Shown piece by piece: positions 9,447 through 17,823 of a stretch of 60,538 nucleotides of DNA. A program made the position numbers and the translations under genes. Within the stretch, counting starts at the first letter, position 1. Each line of letters opens with the position of its first letter. Source of the DNA: an uncultured bacterium (GTDB lineage Bacteria > B130-G9); NCBI GenBank assembly GCA_965372715.1, contig CBDVDH010000002.1, positions 62,001-122,538 of the forward strand, written 5' to 3'. The notes beneath the pieces were generated by a model that did not search any database, had not been told where the DNA came from, and saw nothing but the letters and a program-made list of their open reading frames with translations.

Positions 9447-10056
9447 GGTCTATCTGTGTGCCTCCCGAAACAATCTCACTAGCGTTTTCCTCGTTATCCG
9501 CCGGTCCGTTGGCCGACGGCGACTCAGTTCTCTTGGTTCTAGGGGTCTTCCTAGGGTTTATGATCGTGGAGAGGTTCCTACCCTCAAACCTCGGAACGCC
9601 ACTCACTACGGCGGCATCCCCGATCGTCTCAATCACCCTCTCGAGAAGCTGCCTGCCGAGGTCAACGTGCAACTTCTCTCTACCTCTGAACCAAATGCTT
9701 ATTTTGACTTTATGACCGGCGTCCAAGAAACGCGTTATGTGCCTTATCTTGAAATCGAAGTCATGTTGATCCGTCCTGGGCCGGAACTTTACCTCCTTGA
9801 CTTGAACCTTCGTCTGAGACTTCTTTGCGCCCTGATTCTTCTTGCTAGCCTCGTACTTATACTTGCCATAATTCATTATTTTACAGACCGGTGGTGTTCC
9901 CTTGGGGTCAACCTCCACCAAGTCCATATTACGGTCAGAAGCTCTCTGTAACGCCAACCCGATTGGCATTATCCCAAGCTGCTTGCCGTCCTGACTAATG
10001 ACCCTGACTTCGCTCGCGCGAATCGCCTTATTGACGCGCTCCCGTTCTTGCGCTAT
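9439..10056 (-). CDS. infC: Translation initiation factor IF-3 (ATA start inferred)
   Basis: RVNKAIRASEVRVI, DLVEV, PPVCKIMNYGKYKY, KEVKFRP and FRGRE. SD GAGGAGG lies 6 nt before the in-frame ATA at 10056. Confidence 0.95.
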   Translation of the reverse strand: MAQERERVNKAIRASEVRVISQDGKQLGIMPIGLALQRASDRNMDLVEVDPKGTPPVCKIMNYGKYKYEASKKNQGAKKSQTKVQVKEVKFRPRTDQHDFDFKIRHITRFLDAGHKVKISIWFRGREKLHVDLGRQLLERVIETIGDAAVVSGVPRFEGRNLSTIINPRKTPRTKRTESPSANGPADNEENASEIVSGGTQIDHA

Positions 10057-10067
10057 CGGCAACCTCC

Positions 10068-11819
10068 TCAAAACACTACGCGATTTCGCACCTGTTCGCA
10101 ACCCAGCGACATAAAGTCGTCGAGTGTCATTGTCCCCATCTGACCGTGCGAACGGCGCCTCACTGAAACATTGGAGGCCTCGACCTCCTTCTTCCCAATA
10201 ACCAAGAGATACGGCACCTTCGAGTGCTCTCTTATCTTAAACCCCAGCTTCTCGCTCCTGTCATCGAGCAACGACCTGAAACCCGAATCCATGAGCCTAT
10301 CATGAATTGTTCTTGCGAATGCGAGCTGATCGTCCGCGATCGGCAATACCGCAACCTGCACCGGCGAGACCCACATCGGGAACGCGCCGCCGCAGTTCTC
10401 AACAAATGCGCCGATAAATCGCTCCATAGACCCCAAGATCGCTCTATGGATCAGCGCGACGTGCTCATTTGTTCCGGAGCTTGTCACGTAATCGAGATCA
10501 AACCGCTCAGGCAGGTTGAAATCAAGCTGAATCGTCGAGCCCTGCTGCTTGTGACCATAAACGTCGATCAACTGAAAGTCTATCTTCGGACCATAGAACG
10601 CCGCCTCGCCCCGAACCTCGGTGAAATCCAAGGACTTGGACAGCAGAACCCGCCTCAAAATGGACTCTGAGCGCTCCCAAACCCCCAGGTCGCCAATGTA
10701 ATGGTCCGGCTTTGCCGGATCCATCAATGAAAGCTCTATCTGCAAGTTTTCAAAGCCCAGACACTTTAATACAAACCGCGCGAAATCTACAACCGAGCCG
10801 ACCTCGGCCTCGACCTGCTCGAAGGTGCAGAAGATGTGCGCATCATCGCACGTATATCCGCGCACCCTGAACAGCCCGTGCAACGTCCCGGAACGCTCGC
10901 GCCTATAGACCGTCCCGAGCTCCGCATATCTTATCGGAAGTTCACGATAAGACCTTACCCTCGACTTATATACCTGAAGGTGTAGCGGACAGTTCATTGG
11001 TTTCAACACATACTCCTCGTTCCCGACGGGGAGGATATACATGTTCTCCTTGTAGTAGCCGTAGTGCCCCGAGGTCTCCCACAGCGCGCTCTTGGCGATA
11101 TGAGGCGTGCAGATCAGGTCGTAGCCACGCTTTAGGTGCTCCGCCGTCCAAAAATCCTCGATGAGCTTCTTGAGCATCGCACCACTTGGGTGCCAATAGA
11201 CGAGGCCCGCACCGACTCGCTCGTCGATCGAGAAAAGGTCGAGCTGTTTGCCCAAAAGCCGATGGTCGCGCAGCTTAGCCTCTTCGAGCAGCCTTAGATA
11301 CTGCTCTAGTTGCTCGCTCGCTGCAAAAGCCGCCCCATAAATCCGCTGAAGCATCGGATTATTCTCGTCGCCAAGCCAATAGGCGCCCGCAACGGACGTC
11401 AACTTGAAAACGCCCAGTTCGCCGGTCGATTCAACGTGAGGCCCCAGGCAAAGATCGACGAAATCACCGTGCCGATAAACCGTGATCTCATCCCCGACAG
11501 GCAGATTCTCAATCAGCTGCACCTTGTAGTCCTGACCAAGATCACCGAAGAGCTTGACGGCCTCGTCCCGAGACACAACTTCCTTCTTGAAAGGTAGGTC
11601 CTGAGCGATGATCTCACGCATCTTCGCCTCAATCGCCTCAAAATCCGCGTCACTGAAGCGACCCTCGCGGTCGAAGTCGTAGTAGAATCCGTTCTCAATC
11701 GCTGGGCCGATCCCCAGCTTCGTCCCTGGAAAGAGCTGCGTCACTGCGTCCGCCAGGACGTGAGCAGTGCTGTGCCTGTATTTCTCTAATTCAAGTCCCA
11801 CGTTGTTCCTTTTCTCCAA
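10068..11819 (-). CDS. thrS: Threonine--tRNA ligase (short form without N-terminal TGS domain)
   Basis: RHSTAHVLA, GFYYDF, DLCLGPH, RDHR, KPMNCP and AAFYGPKID. Alternative GTG start at 11801. Confidence 0.98.
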   Translation of the reverse strand: MEKRNNVGLELEKYRHSTAHVLADAVTQLFPGTKLGIGPAIENGFYYDFDREGRFSDADFEAIEAKMREIIAQDLPFKKEVVSRDEAVKLFGDLGQDYKVQLIENLPVGDEITVYRHGDFVDLCLGPHVESTGELGVFKLTSVAGAYWLGDENNPMLQRIYGAAFAASEQLEQYLRLLEEAKLRDHRLLGKQLDLFSIDERVGAGLVYWHPSGAMLKKLIEDFWTAEHLKRGYDLICTPHIAKSALWETSGHYGYYKENMYILPVGNEEYVLKPMNCPLHLQVYKSRVRSYRELPIRYAELGTVYRRERSGTLHGLFRVRGYTCDDAHIFCTFEQVEAEVGSVVDFARFVLKCLGFENLQIELSLMDPAKPDHYIGDLGVWERSESILRRVLLSKSLDFTEVRGEAAFYGPKIDFQLIDVYGHKQQGSTIQLDFNLPERFDLDYVTSSGTNEHVALIHRAILGSMERFIGAFVENCGGAFPMWVSPVQVAVLPIADDQLAFARTIHDRLMDSGFRSLLDDRSEKLGFKIREHSKVPYLLVIGKKEVEASNVSVRRRSHGQMGTMTLDDFMSLGCEQVRNRVVF

Positions 11820-11903
11820 ACCAAATCATCTTCCGATCGCTTCGCGTATTCGACGGACATCTGGCGCGCACCGCCCCACCAGGAAGCGAAGGTAAACCGG
11901 AAA

Positions 11904-11978
11904 TGGTAGGCACGGGCGGCTTCGAACCGCCGACCTCTACCGCGTCAAGGTAGCGCTCCACCCCTGAGCTACGTGCCT
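11904..11978 (-). tRNA. tRNA-Val(GAC)
   Basis: AGGCACGTAGCTCAGGGGTGGAGCGCTACCTTGACGCGGTAGAGGTCGGCGGTTCGAAGCCGCCCGTGCCTACCA: cloverleaf with anticodon GAC and encoded CCA. Confidence 0.97.
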
Positions 11979-12106
11979 ACATTACTAAAAACCCCTCGAT
12001 GGGAAATGACTAATAACTGGAAGCCTCTATTGACACGGAACGATAATACCAACCTCAATCCCCTGTCAAGCTCAAGCCTCAAACTGAGGGGCGTTTGCCC
12101 ATCGGG

Positions 12107-12187
12107 GCAACAGGTCAAAAGGTCAATAGGTGAACAGGTTAACAGGTCAGTAGCCAATCCGCAATCCGCAGTCCTCAATCCGCAATT
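12107..12187. repeat. Adjacent 8-mer and 7-mer degenerate tandem repeats
   Basis: ACAGGTCAAAAGGTCAATAGGTGAACAGGTTAACAGGTC followed by AATCCGCAATCCGCAGTCCTCAATCCGCAAT. Confidence 0.8.
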
Positions 12188-12191
12188 GGCC

Positions 12192-12219
12192 TTGTCTTGC
12201 CGCTCACGCGTGCTATATT
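12192..12219 (+). promoter_or_regulatory. Putative sigma70 promoter of the ATPase gene
   Basis: TTGTCT-16 nt-TATATT with an extended -10 TG. Confidence 0.4.
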
Positions 12220-12339
12220 CTGATGATGGCCGCATCGTTCTGTATCGCGAAGGCGTGTCATGCGGGCAGAAAGCACGGTTTCGCCTATTTTGAGGGTAGA
12301 TCTAGTGTGTCTTACACGTCCAGAGGAAGGAGGAAATCG

Positions 12340-13992
12340 ATGAAGAGCACTAAGCGGACGTCTCCCTTCCGGTTCAGGCGCAGAGATGAGATTGGTGCAT
12401 CGGCTGCAGAGGAGGACGCTGAGTTCCTATCGGAATGCTTCGTTGATACGGGAGACCTCTCCCTGCTTATGAATACTAGCGACCGGCACCACATTGTGCT
12501 CGGCCGCACTGGGGCAGGAAAGACGGCGCTACTGCTGAAGCTGGCGGAAGACAAACCAGACCAAGTGATCCAGATTTCACCCGAGAACTTGGCGCTCACC
12601 TACGTGTCGAACTCAACGATCATCAGTTTTTTTGGAAGCATCCGTGTCAACTTAGATCCTTTCTTCAAACTCCTTTGGCGACACGTATTCACCGTAGAGA
12701 TTCTGACACGACACGTCTCTGAACGCCGGGAACCAAAGCAGAAATCACTCTTTCAATGGTTAAGGGAGAGATTCGCTAGCGATACACCTCGCGATAAGGA
12801 GATGAAGGAGGCAATTGATTATCTGGAAAAGTGGGGGAAGAGCTTCTGGCTCGAAACCGAACTGCGTGTCAAGGAGATCACGCAGAAGCTCGAGACTGAA
12901 CTCGGAACAGGACTGAGGGCGCAGCTTGGGTTGGGGGAAGCCAACTTCGAGGCGCTTGTGAAGGCCGCGAAAAAACTAACGCAGGATGAGCGCGCCGAGC
13001 TTGTGTACCGGGCACAAAAAGTTATTAGCGCCGCCCAAGTTCAGGATTTGCAGAAGGTCATCAGGTTGCTGGATACCGTGCTGGAGGACCGGCAGAAGAG
13101 CTACTACGTTGTCATCGACAACCTTGATGAGAACTGGGTCGAAGAGAGGATTCGCTACAAGCTCATCATGGCTTTGATTGTGACGGCGCGCGATTTCATC
13201 AAAGTCAAGAACGCCAAGATCATCGTTGCTCTGAGACGCGATCTCATCGAGCGTGTATTTCGACTCACCAGGGAGTCTGGATTCCAGGAAGAGAAATACC
13301 GATCTCTATACCTTCCTCTCACTTGGTCCAACAACGCGCTTGTCGAGGTGTTGGATACACGAGTCGACGCTCTAGTCACCCGTCGATATACCAAGCAAAG
13401 TGTGACGCACCGTGACCTTCTACCAAAGACCTACAAAAAAACACCCATAACGGAATACATCATCGACCGAGTGGAGCGTCCGCGCGATGTCATTTCCTTT
13501 TTCAATTGCTGCATCGCTGAAGGAACGGATCGACATAGGCTAGATACTAAGGGATTCAGGGCCGCAGAAGGGGAGTACTCCCGATCTCGACTTCGCGCGC
13601 TTGGAGACGAGTGGAGCGCCAATTACCCGTCGCTACTCGACTTTGTCAAGATACTGCAACAGCGCCCGCCGTCCTTCGAAGTCTCCACCATTGAGGACAA
13701 CCACGTTAACGAGCTGTGCCTAAGCGTAGCGGCGGAGAAGCCCGGCGGGAAAGGGCTCCTGCAGCAGGATGCGATGAAGCTGGTGGATTGCGTCTTCCCA
13801 GCTGCGCAATTCAAGGTGTTACTCATGCAGGCCTTCTACCGGATCGGGTTGGTGGGATTGAAATTGGAGCCGCATGAAGCAGAATGTTGGGTAGACGAAA
13901 CAGGACTCAGCATTTCGTCGGCAGAGATAACCGAATCGACCACTGTGGTAGTGCATCCGATGTATCATCGTGCGTTGGGCATACGTGTGTGA
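12340..13992 (+). CDS. P-loop ATPase, Sll1717/FunZ-like
   Basis: IGASAAEED..FV.TG, Walker A GRTGAGKT, Walker B VVIDNLDE and RPRDVI. SD AGGAGG before the ATG at 12340. Confidence 0.75.
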   Translation: MKSTKRTSPFRFRRRDEIGASAAEEDAEFLSECFVDTGDLSLLMNTSDRHHIVLGRTGAGKTALLLKLAEDKPDQVIQISPENLALTYVSNSTIISFFGSIRVNLDPFFKLLWRHVFTVEILTRHVSERREPKQKSLFQWLRERFASDTPRDKEMKEAIDYLEKWGKSFWLETELRVKEITQKLETELGTGLRAQLGLGEANFEALVKAAKKLTQDERAELVYRAQKVISAAQVQDLQKVIRLLDTVLEDRQKSYYVVIDNLDENWVEERIRYKLIMALIVTARDFIKVKNAKIIVALRRDLIERVFRLTRESGFQEEKYRSLYLPLTWSNNALVEVLDTRVDALVTRRYTKQSVTHRDLLPKTYKKTPITEYIIDRVERPRDVISFFNCCIAEGTDRHRLDTKGFRAAEGEYSRSRLRALGDEWSANYPSLLDFVKILQQRPPSFEVSTIEDNHVNELCLSVAAEKPGGKGLLQQDAMKLVDCVFPAAQFKVLLMQAFYRIGLVGLKLEPHEAECWVDETGLSISSAEITESTTVVVHPMYHRALGIRV

Positions 13993-14194
13993 CGCTGGCC
14001 CGGAAGCTAATGGGTACCCTCACAATTGGGGGAGCAGAGCGCTGGCATCCCGGGCCCGCACCATTTGGCGCAGCCGTGGCTTCAGCGCTTTGCCCGGGGT
14101 TTCGCGGTTGTGTTAAGTTACCGTCATGCGCGAACGCCTGGTGGCCTCATGATGGGCTCTTGAGAAGAACCGGGAAAAACGATACAAGATTCTC

Positions 14195-15208
14195 ATGACT
14201 GCCAAACTGCGAGCGCCGCGGAATAGAACCCTTGTCCTGTCGGATGATGACCGGCGACGCTGCTTGCAGGCGTTGCGACATGTTGACTCCGGGGCGTCGC
14301 TGGCGGAGGTCTTAGACTCGACCATCTGCCAAGACGTTTTCGAGGTGCTGCCTCATCTGCCGTCCGGTGTCTTTGATCTCATTGTGGCTGACCCGCCCTA
14401 CAACCTGACGAAGTCATTCAACGGCAGGACGTTTAAGCAGATCGACCTCGACCGATACGAGGCGTGGCTCGGCTCGTGGGCGCCGGAGATGCGGCGCCTT
14501 CTGAAACCCACGGGGTCTATTTACGTCTGCGGGGACTGGCGCTCATCGGCGGCCATTCATCGAGTGCTCCTGAGGCACTTCAAGGTCAGGAATCGCATCT
14601 CATGGGAACGAGAGAAAGGCCGGGGCGCCAGAACGAATTGGAAAAACAACACGGAGGACATCTGGTTCGCAACCGTTTCCGATGACTACGTTTTCAACGT
14701 GGATGACGTGAAGCTGAAGCGTCGTGTCATTGCTCTCTACACTGACCGGCGCGGGCGCCCCAAAGACTGGCAGAAGACCGATGAAGGCAAGTTCCGCATC
14801 ACTCACCCCTCAAACATCTGGACGGACCTGACTGTCCCGTTTTGGTCCATGCCGGAGAACACAGACCACCCCACACAGAAGCCTGAGAAGCTTCTCGCCA
14901 AGATCATCCTTGCCAGCTCCAATGTCGGTGATGTCGTCTTCGATCCCTTTCTCGGTTCTGGGACGACGTCCGTGGTCGCCAAAAAACTCCGACGCCACTA
15001 CGTGGGCATCGAGATTGACGCGGACTTCTGCTGCTTGGCAGAAAGAAGGCTTGAACTTGCCGAACGTGAACCAAGCATTCAGGGATACTCAGACGGGATT
15101 TTTTGGGAGCGCAATACCTTAGCTGAGCAGAACAACGGCCGTGACTCGAGGCGTGCCTCTAATCGGGAGCAGCCCGGCCTTTTTGCTGACATAAGAATCG
15201 CGAGGTGA
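14195..15208 (+). CDS. Beta-class N4C/N6A DNA methyltransferase
   Basis: DPPYN precedes HPTQKPE and DPFLGSGTT, the beta motif order. Confidence 0.95.
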   Translation: MTAKLRAPRNRTLVLSDDDRRRCLQALRHVDSGASLAEVLDSTICQDVFEVLPHLPSGVFDLIVADPPYNLTKSFNGRTFKQIDLDRYEAWLGSWAPEMRRLLKPTGSIYVCGDWRSSAAIHRVLLRHFKVRNRISWEREKGRGARTNWKNNTEDIWFATVSDDYVFNVDDVKLKRRVIALYTDRRGRPKDWQKTDEGKFRITHPSNIWTDLTVPFWSMPENTDHPTQKPEKLLAKIILASSNVGDVVFDPFLGSGTTSVVAKKLRRHYVGIEIDADFCCLAERRLELAEREPSIQGYSDGIFWERNTLAEQNNGRDSRRASNREQPGLFADIRIAR

Positions 15209-15217
15209 AAGGCAAAC

Positions 15218-15394
15218 GTGAAGAGCCAGATATTCTCGACCAACCGAAGCAAATGTCACTATTCCCGCAGAGAATGGATGCTGGAGCTTTGCGAGACCAT
15301 GCTTGAGTTCTACCCAAAGGAGATCGGCAAGATCGAAGCCCGGATCGAGTACTTCCGGAAGGTCAAGCAACGTTGGCAGGCAAAGGCAGAGTAG
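15218..15394 (+). pseudogene. Internally deleted remnant of the probable partner restriction endonuclease (58 codons)
   Basis: GTG-started MKSQIFST... joined to YSRREWMLELCETMLEFYPKEIGKIEARIEYFRKVKQRW, directly after the MTase. It resembles the two ends of a longer MTase-linked protein (from recollection, unverified). Confidence 0.55.
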
Positions 15395-15465
15395 GCAAAC
15401 CCGACAATTAGCTACACGGGGACGAGGGCGAGCGACCCGCTTCCCCGCTCTCTGCGCGCGGCGAG

Positions 15466-16440
15466 TTACTCGCCGGTCGTCCTGACAGCCCTGAACCCTA
15501 CCTTCGGGTCGGATTTGCCTGGCCATAGCCGGCCGCGTGCCGCCGACCGACAGTCCTCTTTATAGCTCACGTAGCACCCGCCCCGCACGACTCTGTGCGT
15601 GCCCTTGTCCGGCCCGCGAGGGTCAGCCGCTTGCGTTGGGGCAAAGTAGTGCTCGTGGTAGAAGTCCCAGCACCATTCCCAGACGTTGCCGTGCGTGTCA
15701 AAGAGGCCCAAGGCATTGGGCGCAAGCTGGCCTACGGAGTGCACTCTGTCGTTTGAGTTGTTCTTAAACCAGGCGGCGCACTCGAGGTATTTCGGATCGC
15801 CCGGCTCGCAGTCGCCGAACGCCTCGTCCCCGGTGTAGTAAAGCGATGCTGCGCCCGCACGGCAGGCGTATTCCCATTCAGCCTCAGTCGGCAGCCGGAA
15901 GCCATTCGCGGAGAAATCGCAGACAACATCCCTGCCCAGGCCGCTGTAGCATTTGTCGAAGCCGAACCGCTCGGAAAGCCTGTTGCAGAAGAGGCAGCAG
16001 TCCTCAAAATCGACGCTGGTAACGGGCCAGTCGGGGAGTCCGCCCAGCTCTTTCCAGCCCATGACCTTTCCAAAAGCCTCCCGGGTCACCTCGAACTGCG
16101 ACATCTCGAAGCCGCTCGTTATTATCACGTGGTGCGCAGGGCCCTCGTCGGTTCCGTTGCCGCGCTCGCCAGCACTCCTGGACCCCATCTCGAACTCACC
16201 CGGCGGAATCCTGACCGTCGAGAGAACAGCTCCATCGCCCAGACTGTAATAGATGGGCTGAGAAAAAAGCAGCAGATCGAGGCGCTCGCCCGGCCCGGTC
16301 CATTGCTCGACACGGCTGATGGAGATTTCGTGGCCTGAGAGCGCTGTGAAAGCCAGGATAAGCGTCGCAGCACAGGCGGCGGCCGCCGCTCTTTTTCCAA
16401 AGATATACTGTCTAGATGTTCGCATTTTTCCGCTCCTCAT
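15466..16440 (-). CDS. FGE/SUMF1-domain (formylglycine-generating enzyme-like) protein
   Basis: IPPGEFEMGS, RLPTEAEWEYACRAG, NALGLFDTHGNVWEW, RVVRGG and GFR. Confidence 0.93.
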   Translation of the reverse strand: MRSGKMRTSRQYIFGKRAAAAACAATLILAFTALSGHEISISRVEQWTGPGERLDLLLFSQPIYYSLGDGAVLSTVRIPPGEFEMGSRSAGERGNGTDEGPAHHVIITSGFEMSQFEVTREAFGKVMGWKELGGLPDWPVTSVDFEDCCLFCNRLSERFGFDKCYSGLGRDVVCDFSANGFRLPTEAEWEYACRAGAASLYYTGDEAFGDCEPGDPKYLECAAWFKNNSNDRVHSVGQLAPNALGLFDTHGNVWEWCWDFYHEHYFAPTQAADPRGPDKGTHRVVRGGCYVSYKEDCRSAARGRLWPGKSDPKVGFRAVRTTGE

Positions 16441-16635
16441 CTTACGTCATTGTTGAGCTACAGTGGTATTCAAAACACTCCTGACTGCTGATTCTACACA
16501 GAGGCCGCGCCGAGTCAAACGCGGCGGCTTGGGAAGAATCTTGACTCCCCTTGACGCGAATGTAGTGTAGTGCCAATCTGTCAACGGCTTGCGTCCTTGC
16601 GCACCGGGCCTACTAGTGAAACGTTAGGAATAAAG

Positions 16636-17796
16636 ATGGCTCAATCGCTTCCTGGAGAAAAGAGGATGCGCCCATTTCAAATGGGCTTGCTCGTCGTCGC
16701 TCTGTTTATTGGCTTGATCGCACTGGCTGAGGTGCTGCTGTGGACTGTGGGCTTCGAGAGCCTTCGACAAAGGATGCCAACACGCGATGGCGCCCTCTGT
16801 GCTGCGCGGCCCAAAGCGCTTGCTGATGACCCTGACGTCGGCTGGGTGCTGTCTCCTGGGTTCGACGGAGAGATTGAGGGCATACGATATAGGATCAACT
16901 CGCTTGGCTTCAGGGGAGATGACATCCAGCGAAAGAAGCCCCAAGGCGCACTGAGGGTCCTCTGCCTGGGAGACTCGACCACGTATGGGGTCATGGTGCA
17001 GGGCCGTCGAATCTACCCGGCGGTGCTGAGGCGGAAGCTATCCGAGGCGCTGGCGCCTCGTCTCGTCGAGGTTGTTAACGGTGGAGTGCCGGGTTACAGC
17101 TCTTTTCACTTGTCGCTGCTGTTACCAGAGCGCTTTTTTGCGCTTGAACCTGACCTAATCACTATGTGTGTCGGCGTCAACGACGCGCTTCTCATTCCAG
17201 GGTTCTACAGCTCAGATTCCGAGCTATACGTTCCATGGCGCCGCGCGGCTCACAAGGCCAAGTTGGTCCTGGGCCGCTCTCGACTATTCACGTTGCTCGA
17301 CGGCGCGATCCAACGGGTCACGAAGCGATTAAGCGCGTCCGATCGCCGGGAAGGGCCGAGTCAAGACATGAAACCCAAAGTAACGTTGGAGGAATATAGG
17401 GCTAATCTGACCGAAATAGCACACAAGTGCCACGACAGAGACATACCGCTGATCATGTTCTCGTTTTCTCTCTCAGACGCTTACGCCAATGTGATGCGGT
17501 CCGTTGCCGAGCAGGTCGGAGTCACGTTCCTCGACGTTGAGCCTTTGTTTGACCAGACTGCTCAGGCTCTTGAGGCTTCATCAATTGAGCTAGGGTCCGC
17601 GAGCCAGGCCACCGTTTCAACTGGGGCTGCGCGCATATTCGCCGGAGTTTACGAGGGTATCTTCTCTGAGGCCACGCTGAAGACGCACACGAATCCAGCC
17701 TTGTTCATCGATCCTTGTCATCCGACAGCGCTCGGACACGAGGTCATAGCCGAAGCGCTAGCCGAGGTGATAACCGAGAGACTGGCCAAGCGATAA
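16636..17796 (+). CDS. Membrane-anchored SGNH/GDSL hydrolase
   Basis: LGDSTTYG, NGGVPGYS, GVND and DPCHP, with an N-terminal TM. The start could be 16666. Confidence 0.88.
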   Translation: MAQSLPGEKRMRPFQMGLLVVALFIGLIALAEVLLWTVGFESLRQRMPTRDGALCAARPKALADDPDVGWVLSPGFDGEIEGIRYRINSLGFRGDDIQRKKPQGALRVLCLGDSTTYGVMVQGRRIYPAVLRRKLSEALAPRLVEVVNGGVPGYSSFHLSLLLPERFFALEPDLITMCVGVNDALLIPGFYSSDSELYVPWRRAAHKAKLVLGRSRLFTLLDGAIQRVTKRLSASDRREGPSQDMKPKVTLEEYRANLTEIAHKCHDRDIPLIMFSFSLSDAYANVMRSVAEQVGVTFLDVEPLFDQTAQALEASSIELGSASQATVSTGAARIFAGVYEGIFSEATLKTHTNPALFIDPCHPTALGHEVIAEALAEVITERLAKR

Positions 17797-17823
17797 ATCC
17801 CTGAAGCGATGAAGTCCCAGCGC

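Noticed and set aside
11820-11903. T-box or thrS operator
   Set aside because: There is some pairing (TCGCTTC/GAAGCGA), but the leader is too short and has no T-box consensus or clear anticodon-mimic loops.
11904-15400. tRNA-integrated genomic island
   Set aside because: The accessory genes lie on the 5' side of the tRNA, no duplicated tRNA end was found, and there is no integrase.
15466-15600. FGE-domain C-terminus as a DGR variable region
   Set aside because: No reverse transcriptase, avd or adenine-variant template repeat is visible in the window.
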